Position numbers and translations under genes: made by a program
Shown: positions 1 through 13,509 of the stretch, piece by piece
How the letters are laid out: the number at the start of each line of letters is the position of its first letter
How positions within the stretch are numbered: the stretch's first letter is position 1
Assembly (NCBI GenBank): GCA_013265495.1
Contig: MU057947.1
Span: forward strand, 1,325,070-1,389,069
Source: Vicugna vicugna
Taxonomy: Eukaryota
DNA: 64,000 nucleotides
Direction of reading: 5' to 3'
Notes under the pieces: generated by a model
Database searches by the model: none
Seen by the model: the letters and a program-made list of their open reading frames with translations, nothing else
Told to the model about the DNA's origin: nothing

Positions 1-280
1 GCTGCGTGTCAGGTGCTTTTCGAGGGTCTGAGCATGTGTCTCTGGACCAAGCAGACCAAAATCCCTGACCTCATGCTGCTGACACTCAAGCCTGTTTTAA
101 AGATATTGGTCTGGATTTGCTGACATTACAAACATTGACAGGATTAGTGCGTGTCTGCAGGGTGTTTTCTTGTGATTATCCACCTTTGTGAAAGTTACTC
201 CTGTTTGTGATGCTGTGTTCCTTCTCAGTGTTTCTGTTTTTGTTTCTTTTTTCCCTCTTGATTAGAATGCATGTGTTTTT

Positions 281-449
281 TTTAATTGAAGTATAGTTGA
301 TTTGCAATGTTGTGTTAGCTTCTGGTGTGCAGTGTAGTGATTCAGTTTGCACACACACGCATTCTTTCTCATAACCTTTTTCATTGTAGGTTATTACAAG
401 CCATTGAATATAGTTCCCAGGGCTGTACAGTGGGACCTTGTTGGTTCTC
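281..449 (-). mobile_element. 5'-truncated L1 3' end (cetartiodactyl-type) with 13-bp TSD
   Basis: T-tract, then ttgaagtatagttgatttgcaatgttgtgttag...attgaatatagttccc, the reverse complement of the L1 3' ends at 14444 and 55913. Flanked by the direct repeat tgcatgtgttttt at 268-280 and 450-462. Confidence 0.9.
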
Positions 450-3244
450 TGCATGTGTTTTTCTAACTCGTTTATCTTTCTTTTTGCCATAATGAAAAAG
501 CTATGGACAAAAGTTACAGCTTCTACTATGTTAACGGGATTTATTCCATTTCTCCTGTTAACTGTATTGATTTCTCTTTTCTCTTTAATTTTATTTCACT
601 GCTCTTTTTCTAAATCTCAGAGTAGATGCCTCATTTACTTACCTTGCTTCTTTACTGTTTAGTGTTCTAGGCTTTGCATGTTCCTATGAGAATGCTTTGG
701 CATTTATCCCTGGTCGGTCTGTTGATCTTCAGTGGCCAACATGTCTGTTGACTTCTTGCTATGACACGTGCTCCCCTGCTCTCTACTGCACGCAGTGACA
801 TTCCGAGAACTTGTGGAAACCACTGTGAGCTTTCATCATGTTCTCCCACTGGCAAGGCAGCCACAGCATGGCCCCCGGAGGCGGCCTGTCGTGGCGCGTG
901 GCCGGGGGCGGACCACGGCAGCCCGTTGCCTTCAGTGGGGAGCCAGGAGAGAGGTGGTGAAACACCCTCCCCCCGTGAAGGAGGGAAGACTGAAGTCACC
1001 CGAATTCCCACGTCAGTTAAACTGCTTCACCTGGTTGGCTTTCCTGTGGGTCCTAAACTTGAGACATTTTGCACGTTACGTGAAGATGTGCATTTCACGT
1101 GAGTCTCCCGTGGAAGCTGTTGATGTTTCCCGAGACGGATAAAAGCTGTGATCTGTCACGGGCTCATGCACGTCTGGGATGTACCGAGGGTCGTGTTGCC
1201 GCCTCCGATCCTCAGAACAGCTCGATGGGGAGCTCCGTCATTTAGCTGTGAAAGCGAGCACCAAGGTGGCGAACTCGCCTGGGCTCAGCCTCATGTGACT
1301 CCAGGGGCTGGGATGCTTACGCCGACATTGGACCACTCTGCCCCAGGAGCACGCTTCGCTCATTTTAATATTCTGTTTCTGTTGCTCTTTTCATACCTTT
1401 GATCAGCCGCCTGGGAGAAACCCTCCAGCTGGCCGTCCAGCTCGCTGCTGGGATGCTGTCCTGTTGGTTTCTGCTCTCTCCCTCCATTGCCCTTTCAAAT
1501 TCAGCAGTCACGCTTTCCAGCTGGAAGCAATATTCCTGATTGAAGACTGACTTCATCTGAAATTGTACTCAGAAAAGTAAAAATAGGGAATATAAAATCT
1601 TCCCCTGGAGAGCGCAGCGCGCCCTTCACAGGAGGACCTCTGCAAGGACACAGACGCTGCCTTTCTCAGTTGCTAGGTCGTCATGCGGGCGTGTCCCTGT
1701 GCATTGCTCCTCTGTGTCAGCCCGGCTATGCAGAGCACTGCCGTCTGCGGTTGCCTGTTTTTGGTTTTGAGATGGGCTCTTGCACAGATGCTGAGGGATC
1801 CTGTCTCAGATCTTTCAGAATGAGGGAGCAGTTGGCTTTGGCCTCATTTTATTTGCCGAGTCAGTCTGTTGTGGGGAGGGCGGTGGATGGACGGGAGGCT
1901 CTTTGAGGTGCGACATCTTCTGCCGGTTCGTTGCTTCTCCGTGGGGGTCTGGGAGCCTCAGCGGCGTCCCCGCCCCACAGGAGCACCAGCAGTCACCACT
2001 CTCTTGGGACCTGCCAAGGGCTCTTGTCCCCACGCACGCAGCTTCCCCTGACCGCCGAGACAGAGTCCTCACTAAACTGGGCGTTTTCCCCGAGGTGCTC
2101 TGTGCTAATATTCAGGAAAATATTATTTATGTGTGTGGCCACCCCTGAGATGAGCCCCACTTTGCCGGGTTTGTATGGCAGGGGTTGCAAAGGCCCTGAA
2201 GGACACTGGGGATGCGTGGGGACGGCGCCAGCTCACCCCACCCCTCAAGTGCTCCGAGGGAGATCAGAAGGTTCCAGACATCACCCGAGCAGCCTCCCCC
2301 CGACTCAGTTTGAAGTCCCTCTGCATGGGGGCTCGGGCAGCAGTGCCCCTGAGACTGAGCACACTTTCCGCGATTAAGTGTCTCCTCAAAGCAATGAAAG
2401 GCTCTCTCCCCGTGCACTGCGCCCCCAGCCTTGGCTCTCCCGCTCTCAGGGGCCCGGCTCCCTTCACCTCAACCTCCAGGGAGCTGCATCTGAGGAGGCG
2501 GTGCAGGTCCACGTCTCTCCCGCTGCTTCTGCTGTTGTCCCCGACCCCCTCGTTCTCCTGGGCCCTCTTCTCAGGTGTGTCTGTGGGTGAAAGGGTCTAG
2601 ATCCAACCGGACGCTGGCTCGGGGGAGGCCCTGGTCCCCAGCGCCCTCTGCCGCGAGGTGACCGTGGGCTTCTCCACATCACCCTTTTGGGTGACCAGGC
2701 TTGACCACGTTGTCCCGTTAAACCTCTGCTAACCCCACACTTGGGTCCTGCTGCTGTGCACACCCCCACGCTGGGCACCCACGTTGTGGACTGATGGCTA
2801 GAGAGAGAGCTGGGGGGGGCAGTTCCATTGCAAACTGTCTCCCTTTCCGACTGCGTTTTTCTCTCCAAGCACCGTCTGCCCCTAAGACCAGCTCATACAC
2901 ACAAAGAGATCAGGCAGTGCGGAACCTTGAGAACGGACTACCCGCTCCTCAGAATCGACCTCAAGGGGTGTCTGAAAACCAGACCTGGGCTGTGGAGGAG
3001 AAGACGGCCCAGCGCTCCTCTGCAGGTCTGGCCCCCCGGCCAGATGAGCTCTGAGGGGGACGAGGGGCTTCACCTCACCTGTGGGTTGAGCCCCAGGTCC
3101 CTGCTGAGTCCAGGCCCGCTCCGTGAACTGCCTGCCTCTCTGGCACTGACTCAGGTTAGGGTTAGGGGCGACCACAGCACTCACTGCAGCCAGTTCCTCC
3201 CAGGCCTGCATATAGCCAGGGCTGCAGTGACCATCACAGGGAAG

Positions 3245-3530
3245 GGTGGTGAAGAATTAAGTGCTTTATCCTAAGACCAGGAGCAAGGGAAGGATGCCTG
3301 CTCTCAGCACTTGTCTCCAACATCAGCTGTTCCTCCTACCCAGGGCACCGTGGTGAGATAAAAAAGTAATAAAGATTAGGAAGACAGAAGCAGATCTCTC
3401 TTTATCTGCTGATGACACGATCATCCACGTAGGAAATCCTAAGAAACCTTCAAAATTAACTAGAATTAGCAGACACAAGTTTCAAAATTACTGTACTTAT
3501 TTGTTCAGGGGATGAAAGACACAATTTAAA
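3245..3530 (+). mobile_element. Old L1 ORF2 (RT region) fragment
   Basis: gctttatcctaagaccaggagcaagggaaggatgcctgctctcagcac resembles the AFPLRSGTRQGCPLSP coding region, and ctctttatctgctgatgacacgatc resembles LFADDMI. Frame disrupted. Confidence 0.75.
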
Positions 3531-3589
3531 AAAATGTAGCAGAGAGCTGGAAAAGATAAAAAGTGACAGCATATTTGAAAAAAACTGGT

Positions 3590-3935
3590 GGGAGAGTCTA
3601 GAAATAAAAAAGTAGGATAACTGAAATCTAAAACGCAGAGGACTGGCTCAGCAGCGGCCGAGGCACAGTGAAGACATCGTTAGTCAGCCAAAAGATAGCA
3701 GAAAAAATCTCTGTAAGGAATCACGGTGAGCCACAAAGATCAAACACACAGACTAGAAGGGAGAGAAATGGAGGGTGTGTAACAGGCTGGTCTAACGTTA
3801 AATTTCAGACCCAGAAGGAGAGAGGGGTCGTAACAGGGCAGGAACAACATTTGAAGAGACGGTCGCTGAGAAGTTTCCTGAACTGGAGACTGACGTCAGC
3901 CTGTAAACCTCAAACAGTATACGTAAGGGAAGCAC
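3590..3935 (+). mobile_element. Old L1 ORF1 fragment
   Basis: A-rich, with ggtctaacgttaaatttcagacccagaaggagagagg...aacatttgaagagacggtcgctgagaagtttcctgaactg resembling the ORF1p segment PE.EE....FEEI..ENFP.L. Confidence 0.6.
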
Positions 3936-4074
3936 CTCTAAACCTCCCATCAGCCGGGAGACGTCAGACCCCAGCTGCCCCGTCAGGCTCTGGGAGGAGC
4001 TGAGCTCGCCACCCCTTGGCCCTCAGATCCATCCCCCCACCGTTCTCTGTCCTGCTCCGTTCTGTATCTTAAGA

Positions 4075-5040
4075 AAGCCCCGACCAGGGACAGCCTTCCT
4101 GAAGACACACAACAAAGTGGAAACCCTTGCTTTTCCGGGAGCAGAGACTACGGTAATTGAGTCAGGGTTGCTCTGGCACAAGGACCGGCGGATAGACAGA
4201 TGTCACAGGAGTAAGGAGTTCAGAAATGAAGATGATTTATGTCATCACTTGACGTACAAGGTTATACTGCAAAGTCGGCATCACTGCAAAATGAGGCGTG
4301 GGTGGAATTTTCAAAAAATGGGCTGCTGTGAGCAGGGTAGCTAAAGCCACAGCGGGATGCTGCTGCCCACTGGCTCAACCTTAAAAGAGAGAAAAGGCTT
4401 AGTGTTGAAAGGCGAGGAGTCAGTGGGAACCCTGATACACTCATGGAGGTGAGTGTACGTTTGTCCAACACTTTGGGAAATTGTTCAGCGTATCTCGGCT
4501 CCAAGACCCAGCGACTCCGCCGTTAGGTACACAGCCCACGGGCGTTCTCGCACACGTGCCCCGAAGTGGTCTTTAAGAACGCTCGGCGCTTCAGTCGCTT
4601 GCGGTAGCTGGAAACTGGGAACAACTCAGATGCAGGACGGATAAGTAAGTGCAGCAGCTGCCGCTCCCACGTCAGCGTGGGTGGGTCTCACGGAGCGCGC
4701 GTGCTGTGTGAGGGCAGGCAGGCGGAGGCTGCGGGCTGGGTGCTTCCGTTCCCAGAAAGGGAGAAGTCAGTGCCGAGTGAAACTGCAGTGTGCGGCGACG
4801 AAAGCCAGGCGTGCTCACGTGGAAAGGCAAGGCCTGGGTGACCGTGAAAGCCAAGACGGGGTCGACACAGGGAAGGGAGGGAGGAGCCAAGACGGGGACG
4901 CGAGCTCAGGGAGGTCGGGGTCTCGGCAGTGCTCTCTGTATGACTTGGTGCCTACACACCCTTCACCTTACAATAATTCACTCAGTTGACGTTGATGTTT
5001 ATTATACATTTAACCATAAAATGGTTAAAAATAAAACAGG
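4075..5040 (+). mobile_element. Old L1 ORF2 C-terminus plus 3' UTR (L1MC/L1ME-like), heavily diverged
   Basis: gactacggtaattgagtcagggttgctctggcacaaggaccggcggatagacagatg matches TVI.TVWYW.KDR.IDQW (ORF 4117..4344 ETTVIESGLLWHKDRRIDRC). Later ccaagacccagcgactccgccgttagg resembles PYDPAIPLLG. Ends A-rich near 5030. Confidence 0.7.
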
Positions 5041-7499
5041 CACAGCGAATGGCCAGGCAGGTAATTTCACAAGGACTCCCTGCAGAGAAGGACCCCACAA
5101 GGGTCCCTGAGAGCAAGTCGGGGGCACAGAACGGGCCAAAGCTAGCTCGTTGTCTTGGGAACGGAAACTCCTTTTGAGTATAAAAAGAGGAAGGTGCAAA
5201 GAACAGACCGTTCTAACTTCCCGGACGCCCCCACAGCACTTTGTTAAGATGTTCCTTAAGTCTGAGGCTGGGAAAGACCCCAGTCACCCCGCTTCCAGCT
5301 CTGAGCGATGATGAACCGGCCCTGGCGCCGGGAGTCTCACCGCGTCTCCGCGTCCTCCAGTCTGCCTGCCACCGTCTCCTCTCATTTACCACCTCTTTCT
5401 GTCGCTCCGGCCAGCTCCCCGCCACTGGGTTGTTAGTGAAAAAGGGATACAAAATTGTTCTTCAAGAATTGAATTATGCTAAACAGACGATGTTGGTCTG
5501 ACAAGAGAAATGGGGCCCTCCTGGACGTGGAGGAGGGAGCGTTCTCTGCAAATCTTTTCCTCCTTGCAAACACAGTTTGGGAACTCTTGGAGGGGCACAT
5601 TACCATTCCTGGAACAAGTGTAATTTCCGTGGGTGATTTCGTTTCAAAGAGGAAACATTTTTCTAGTAAGGAAGCGAATGCAGAGGGCGGTAGTAAGTTG
5701 GGCCTGGTGACAAGCAGTGTGAACAAAATGTATAAATGTTTAATTTTGGCTCAGATAAGCCTGATGCAAATTTCCTGTTTCCTCAGGCAGTGCAAATACT
5801 GATCACTTGTATGATTGCTTTGAATAAGGGTCAACTTTTGGTTTAAGAAAACATAGCTAACATATTAAATATTAATGCAATGGCGTTCTTGCAGCAGGAG
5901 GCGGAGTTCCACGCCGCAGGGTTCGCTGCTGAATCAAGGCCCCCGTCCCCATCCTGCAAACTGCGCCTTTCAGATTTCTCTTCTGGCTGTTGGTGGGGTT
6001 GGGAGCAGGACAAGTTCATTTATTATCTAGGGAAAAACAAAGCCAAGTGTGGATTTTCCCTGAATTGATCGAGGCTGCAATCGGAGAATTTAGACAGCGA
6101 AGCTTTGAGCAATAGTGCAAATTGCTTCAATTAGTTTGTTTGTATGAATTGATGCTGTGGACCATCCGTGCTGGTGCTGTGAGAGCAGACGGGGGCTGTG
6201 TTCTCTGCTGTGGGTTTGCAAATGGAAACACCACACGTCTGGGAGAGAGAAAAAGCTGTCAACTCTGCACCACGAGATTCTTATACGGAGGCACCCCCAA
6301 CCCCTTCCTACAGGCTGGGAACTCGGAGGGCGGTTTGGCAGCTCTGCTGGATTGGCAGCAGTTTCGTCTCTGTCTTGTGACGAATGTGGGGAGAAGAGCC
6401 ATTGCCGTGAGTTTAGGGTGTGCACAAAGGCATCGCATGTGTGTACACACACACGTGTATACGTGTAAACACACGTAAGCATATGTTTATGTATTAGATA
6501 TACTCATGCAGGTGTATGAGGCTTGGGTTATACACTGTCTACGGTGCGACCGGGCCCCTCCCAAGCAGCAGTCCCTCCCGAAGAGCCGTGTCCACCCCCA
6601 GGCCCCCTCTGACCTCAGGCTTCCGCTGCTCTGGCTGCTTCCCCATAACTTCCCAGTCCCGGAGCACGTGCTCTGAGCCCCGGCGAGGTGTCAGCCCCAC
6701 CACTGGGCTCCATGTGGTCCCATCCAAACAGCCCGTGGACTTTGTGGAAGCGGCGGGTCTGCTCCATCAGCTGCGGCATTAGCTGCGTCTCCCGAGGTCG
6801 GGCTGCATTTCCGAGGTGTTGCGTTTCCTGATTTCCCATCCCTCTCCTTGGCTCCAAAGCTGGAGGTAGAACCCAGAGTGCTCCTTCCTGCAGGTGTGAA
6901 CACCCGAATCCTGACTCAGCTGAATCCTCTGTAAATGAACCACTCGCCGGGTTCTCGCAGAGGGCCCAGAGTCTAGGCAGATGCCGCCATTTCTGCTGGC
7001 TGTGGCCTCCTTCTCATTGGCCAAGGTTGGCTGCAGTTTGGGAATATCACAGAGCTGGATTTATAAGAAGTCCTTTGGCAGTGGATAAAGATAGTGCTGT
7101 ATGTAAACGCGGTTTGGAATGAGGGGAAGGGCAGCAGAAGTGTTGTGAGTAAAACAGATTTGCTTGTAAAACATCCAGAAACAGGCTCCACACCTTATCA
7201 GAAATAGTGTCAGAAGTTGTCTGAGATGGACCGATCTTACACGATTTGCAGCTTTTAATTCTGCACTGTGGATCCTTGTTCTGTGAACTCCTAGTCACAC
7301 CCCTCCTCCGAGTCCTGCAGGCCCTCCCGCACCTGGTGCTGGCGCCGCGAGTGAGGGTCAGGGACCGCCCTTCAGGGACAGCTGACCTCAGCGTGCCCGT
7401 GACGCGGGAGAGAGGGGGTCGCTGTGGACGGTGCCCTGAGCGGCAGCGCCTGCCCTTCTCCCTGCAGTTTAGTTACTCGGGTTTGTTTTGATAATCTTA

Positions 7500-8035
7500 A
7501 TGTTTTTAACTTTTAACTTTGAAATAATTTTGAATTTAAAAAAGGATTACAACAGCAGTACGAAGAACTCCCATCTGCTCTTTCCCCAGACTCACTAATT
7601 TTTAATATTTTGCCATATTTACTTTGCTCGTCTCTCTTCTCTCCCCTGATTTTTATTAAGAATCTGTAAGCCAATACTGATATCACGGTATTAACAGACT
7701 TTCTATTATAATAGTATGGATAATATGATCATGGATTTTAACCCATTTAATTGTTTAAAGTGGATTAAAATTCTTTAATATCATTATTGATTTGGAAGGT
7801 AAAGTTTTGTCCTATTTCCTCAGTGAGAGCCCCTTCAAACTGGTCCCTTGTGCTTTGACATGTTGCTAATACTTTTAGACCATTCCTTATTCTTTTGCAC
7901 AAAAATCGGTTGCAGGCTGAGCTTCTATTTTCCCTGATCCATCTTAGGAATTAGTCACTTATCTAAGTTACTTTTCCTAGAGTGGAAACAGTATTTAGAA
8001 GGCGAGGTCTGTGTGCTGGGTGGGCCCATTACTGA
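7500..8035 (-). mobile_element. Old L1 3' UTR (L1MC4/5-like)
   Basis: AT-rich block starting ttttaactttgaaataattttgaatttaaaaaaggattacaacagcagtacgaagaactccc and containing gagccccttcaaactggtcc and ggaaacagtatttagaagg, as recalled for L1MC 3' ends. Confidence 0.6.
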
Positions 8036-8379
8036 CCGAGTGTCATCGATTCAAGGCCTCTTGGCAAACAAAGCAAGGAACCAGACTGTCCGCCGGTGTT
8101 TCTGCCTGTATCTGCTGTGTCGCTAACCCAGCTCCTGCTTGGATCTCCAGCTGCCATCCAGCACGACGGGATTCTCCCCAGCCTGCCTACGTTTCGGGTT
8201 TGTATCTCCTTTGGCCAACAGGAGAGACTTAACACCTGCATCACCATGGTATTTACTTAGTTGCTCAGTCCTCCAAATGCAGAGAGCATTCCTAGAATTG
8301 CTCATTTATTCCACCGTGGAAAACAAGCCTCCCGAGCCTGCTGCTTTCCGGCCATAACCTTGAGCCTTGAATTACCAGA

Positions 8380-9640
8380 AAATGAAGTGAGATGTGAGAC
8401 AACCGTTTCCTACCTTCAACGCAGAGAGCACGGGGCGTGAGCACACTTGGCTACACAGTTACACAACATGCTGCTTACAGGTTTCCCGGCTGAAGCGCAG
8501 AAAGGGGAACGGGAAGCCCGGCCCAGCCGGTTTTCTGGGAGGAGGAGACAGACTGCAGCCTTGAGGGCGGAGGCCGCTGGGAGTCTCTGCGCAGACCAGC
8601 AGCACGAGGGAGCTGCCCGGGAGGAGAGCTCCGGAGACCTGCAGGCCTCTCGCTCACCTGCGGCTGCACCTGTGGGGTGGGTCTCGCCGGGCTGGGGGAG
8701 AGGCCCTGCGCTCACACAGGTGTAGGAAGTTTCGTGTTCCCACCACCAAGTTTGCAGAGACCCGGGAGCACCTGAGACGGGGTCGGGTCGTCCGAAGGGT
8801 GTCGCCTTGGAGGTTAGGATAAGTTAGCTTGGGGTGGGAGGCTGCTCTGGCCTTTCTGCAAAACAGCTTAAAATGTATCTCAGAATGATCAGTCTGACTT
8901 GAGGTAATGTTACTGTGTGCCCAGCCAGAGTTCAGTGCTCCTTTAGCAGAAATGCAGCTTCCAGTGACATTAAATTCACAGTGCCTGGCAATTGGCCAGA
9001 ATGCCAGTTCTGCAAAGAAGCATGAGAATAAAACCCAGTACATTAATAGAAACACACCCAGAAACGGCAGGTCATGAAAGCAGCAGGTAAGGACATTAAA
9101 AGCCTGCGCACACACACACACACACACACACACGCTCGTGAACTTGAAGATACACTGATAGAAACCAAACAAAACAAAGCACAGATAGAAGACAGAAAAG
9201 AGGAACAGGGCATCAGGACTTGTGAGAGAATTTCAAGTGGTCGAAAGTATGGGTGACTCGAATCCTCTATGCAGAGAACAGAGAGAAAGGAGTGCAGAAA
9301 ATTATTGGAAGAAGTAATAGTTGAAAAAATGGAGATTTGGTGAAAACCATGGACTCCCAGATTCAAGAAGCTCAACAAAGAAAGCACGCCGCGTCCCGCA
9401 CTGAACACGCTGAAAAGAAGAAGTCCTCAAAACAGTCTGCATAAGAGAAACGTAGACACACACAGACCAGAGTGACGTACTTTCCCATCAGAGCAGTGGA
9501 AACTGGAAGGAAACGCAGTGGCATCATGGAAGAACTGAAAGGAAGGTGCTCTCAGCTGAGAATTTGACACCCAGTGAAAACATCTTTCAGAATTGAAGGG
9601 GGGCTTCTCAGTAAGATGGACTCGCAGGAAACAACTATGA
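8380..9640 (+). mobile_element. Old L1 5' UTR plus ORF1 (L1M4/L1MD-like)
   Basis: gagagctccggagacctgcag and gcgctcacacagg resemble L1M 5' ends. ORF1-like: gaacttgaagatacactgatagaaacc (ELEDTLIET), aaaattattggaagaagtaatagttgaaaa, cagattcaagaagctcaac (QIQEAQ), cccagtgaaaacatctttcagaattgaagg. Confidence 0.7.
9107..9133. repeat. (CA)n microsatellite inside L1 ORF1
   Basis: gcacacacacacacacacacacacacg read directly. Confidence 0.95.
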
Positions 9641-10309
9641 TCCACGACGTGTCACCAAAAACGTCCAACCCGGATGTGCTGGGAAGTGAGCCGAGGTGAC
9701 CAGACTGCGGAGGGGAGTGAGTGGAGATGTGGGACTACCCACGCCTGCCCCGTCTCCGAGGCCCACCCGGTGCCCCCGCAGCGACACAGCGAGCGTGTGG
9801 CTGCACAGTCTCCAGGGATGAGCCAGCAAGGGGGCCTGAGGCGCCGCGGGCACCGCCGCGGGCGCCGCCGCGAGCAGGGGCTGCTGCCAGGAAGAGTGGA
9901 GGAGGCCCCTACCCGCCTTCCCACGTCTCTCATGGAGCCCAGACAGCCCTGTGCGCCATGGCTCCACGGAGCTCGGCTGCGGCGACGTTCATGAGCTGAG
10001 CTGCCTCCCCAGAAGGGGAGATGGCGGTTCAAGCCCAGCCGTGGAAGCCGCCTGCCGAGAGGGAGGGGACAGGGGTTTTCAGGTGAAGTAACAGATTCTG
10101 GAATCGCGACTTCTGAACACTCAGTTTCCAAAGTTACATGACATATGAAAAACCCCAGAAATGGGATACATTCTCAAGAGACAAGAAAGGACACGTAATT
10201 TAACCAGCATCTGGGGTGAACAAGGTGTCAGAACTGTGTTTGAAGAGGTTCTAATCACCCCAAGTAGAGCACAAGGCAGCATGTTGGTATCGCCATCCCT
10301 GCTCTTTCT

Positions 10310-10770
10310 CCAAAGTTCTTCTGCTTTATTATTTGTATTCCTAGCATTTCCTTCGATTGTTTCCCAGAATCCGTGCCTCCCTGCTTACCTGCCCCTCTGA
10401 CCTTGTATGCTGCTCACTTTTTCCTTCAGAGCGCTTGGCATACAGAAAACAGCTGTTTAAAATTTCTGGCCTGATCGTTCCAGAGTCTCTGCCATATCCA
10501 AGTCAGTTTCTGAGGCTTGGCTGGTCTCTTCAGCCTGCAGTTTTCTGTGTTTCTCCTTTTTGCGTGCTGTCACTGTGTTTGGAAAGCCAGGCATGACGTA
10601 CGGGGCGCGGGGAGCGGAGGGAGACAGCCTGCAGAGCGAGGTTTTACGCTGGGCTGTGGGTCAGGCTGTGTTTAGTGTTTGCTGTCGCTGCGGTGTCAGC
10701 GCTTGAATGTCCTCTGGTGTCCTGTTCTCGTCTCCCTGCTGTCTCCGGGTTTCCCTAGAGATTCCTGGGG
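10310..10770 (-). mobile_element. Old L1 5'-region fragment, antisense to the surrounding L1 cluster
   Basis: cactttttccttcagagcgcttggcatacagaaaacagctgtttaaaatttctggcctgatcgttccagagtctctgccatatcc matches the recalled reverse strand of L1M 5'/ORF1 start. Confidence 0.6.
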
Positions 10771-12399
10771 CCCATTATGACACGGGGCCCTGCTGACGTG
10801 ATGGTGAGGTGCGAGGGAGGCCGTGCTCTGCATCCAGGGTCAGGGCCCCCTGTGTCAGGAGCCCAGGTGGGCGCTGTCCTTCCCCAGGTGGGGTCCCAGT
10901 AGGTTAGGGCCCGGTGGACCGGCTTCCCTCGAGGGCAGGCGGCGTGGGGGAGGGCAGAACGCTCGGGCATATTTCAAAATTGGTAGCTTTCTCTCCCGCC
11001 AGGGAAAGCGGTGGGGGGGGGGCTTTTCCCCTGATGTTCACAGCGAGGCCTGGAAGAGACCTGGAGGTCAAACTCATAAGGCCCTTCAAACCTGCACCCT
11101 CTTTAATCACGTGCAATTAATGCAGATCTGTGCAGAGAACCACAGAGTCTCTGGCTGATGGAAACAGTTGTGTGCTGAGCGCGAGGGCCGGACGGAGCCG
11201 ACAGAGCAGAGTGAGTGAGTGTGGAGACGTCAGCGGACGTTACCCAAGAGAAGAGCAGGGAAGATGGGGTGTTTTCTGGCTTTTTATAGAATAAAGCCTG
11301 AGCGGTGTGTTAGATTATATCAAACAATCCAGCGTGCGTGCCGTCGGATTGCCAGGAGAGAAAGAAAGAATGAGACAGAAAACTATTTGATGGTGCGATG
11401 CCCAGAGTAGTCTACGTCTGCTGTGGAGCAGGAAGACGCTAAGTGAACCCCAGGAAGAAAAACACACAGAAGCCCCTGCTCAGGCATGTAATTATCAAAG
11501 TGTTGGAACCAAAGATAAAGAGCAAATCCTGAGAGGAACGAGAGAAAAACTGCGTAATACTTACAAGGGAGTCCCGGAGCGGCGAGTGGCTGGCCCCGCT
11601 TCCGAAACATTAGGACAGAAGAAAATGAAACGTCTACAAAGTGCCGAAAGCGAAATACAAACTCCTTGCAGAATTCTATACCCGTGAAAACGTTCTTCAA
11701 AGTTAAGGAAGAATGCAGGCATTTTCACGTAAGGGAAGGCTGAGATAATTTGCTGCCGGGAGACCTTTGCTGTGAGAAATGCTGACGTCAGTTATTCGGC
11801 CTGAAGGGAAGTACCACTAGATAGAAGATTGGATCCTGCAAAAAGAATGAAGAACATTAGAAATGGCAGGCATCCCGGGTGTGTTTCAGAACTGCCCACA
11901 CAGAGCGAACTACGCTGTGTGCAGACTTAGGAAGGTTAACCTGGATCCTGGGGATCCCGGGACAGGATGCAGACGGCGGCTAATGTGTCCGACTGTATTA
12001 CTGGCGAGTGGGGGCGGTGGGGAGAACAGAAGCGCATCGCGGTAGTTTGGGTGTTTTAACTGCATCCTGTACGTCTCAGGATGGGAAGAACGGAAGGAGC
12101 GTGCTGGAGGCTGGTGGGTCAGTTTGCTTCTCACACGGGGGCAGTGGAGCGAGCCTAGACTAGTTCATGTGGACACTAGGGCTGACTGAGCAAGCAGACA
12201 CCTCGTGACAACGGAAGCAGGCTCCTCCCTGTGAGAAGAGCAGTCAGACAGGCTGGAGGAGAGGCTGGAACGAAGCCGGTGGTGACGCACGAGGTCGGAG
12301 ACAGCCCAGGACTGATGCTTCCTCAGTGTTCCTACAGATGAACGCAGAACGAATCGAAGGACGCGGACCCTTCGAGAAGATGAGCGATTGCGCGCTTGG

Positions 12400-12555
12400 G
12401 ACAGCCACCCAGCCGGCTCTCGAAGCCCTGCCGCGTAGTGTTGACTGGTTTCCATGGTGCAGATGTCGCCGCCATGGCTGATTCCAGGCCAGCATGGTGG
12501 CGCTGAGTGCTCTGTGGGGAAGGAGACGTGCTCGGTAGGAGATGGCTCCGGCCAT
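12400..12555 (-). mobile_element. MER63-like hAT MITE inserted in L1
   Basis: cagccggctctcgaagccctg...ggtttccatggtgcagatgtcgccgccatggctgattccaggc resembles the recalled MER63A reverse strand. Roughly the reverse complement of 41895-42050. Confidence 0.55.
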
Positions 12556-13489
12556 GACTGAAGATAAGCCCTGTTCTGGGCCACAAAAAGCTCAATAAAT
12601 TTTAGAGGAAAATTATTTGAAAATTCTGAAAAACTGAAGAAAACGTTTTCTGAACACAAGCAAGTTATACAAGAAATTGATAACAAATATATCTGGAAAA
12701 ATCCCAAAATATTTAGAATAAACAACATTCCGTATGTGTCTGTGTGTGTGTGTGTGTGTACACGTGCACACGTATCAAAAAAGAAACCACAAGGGAAGGA
12801 AGAAAAGACGATGAGAAGGAATACATTGCAACTCAATTTAGGAGGCTGGTGTTACCCTGGTACCCAAATCAGAGTAATACGTGTTCCTGAGGAACACTGA
12901 TTTGTAGTTTAATTTTCTTCAGGGAGGTATGGCTTATAAGAAAGTACAACTGTGAACCATCATTCCTCATGAACACGTACGCTGAAATCCTCAACAAAAC
13001 GATAGCAAGTTGAATCCATCACTGTATCAAAGGATATGTCAGCCTGATCAAGAGCGTTTTTTCTATAACGTTAATCCTGAAAATTAATCAAGGAACTCAC
13101 TCTAAAACAGAGTGAAAATGAAAACCATGTGACCCCCTTTATAGACGCAGGAATCGTGTTTGACAACATTTAACATCCATTCATGATGAAAACTCTTAGA
13201 AATGTAGATATGGGACCTTCTTTGACCTGATTAACAGCATCAAGAGAAACCTACAGCCAACGGGCACTCATTGAAAGGCCGACTCTGCGCCCTCCCCCCA
13301 TTGCTTGTGCCGTAAGAGAAGGTGAAGAAATAAAATGTCAAAGTCATTTACATTGGAAACCGAGGAGGGGTACATGATTTAAGATATTCTTAATGCGTCT
13401 ACCAAAAAGCTACTAAAATTAGTGAGTAAATTTTAAAAGGTCATAGGATACTAGACCCATATACAAAACGCCCTGTATTTTATTTAAAA

Positions 13490-13509
13490 AATATATATAT
13501 ATATATATA
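13490..13509. repeat. (AT)n microsatellite
   Basis: atatatatatatatatata read directly. Confidence 0.95.

Noticed and set aside
3155..3167. gttagggttaggg telomere-like repeat
   Set aside because: Only two units; too short for an interstitial telomeric sequence.
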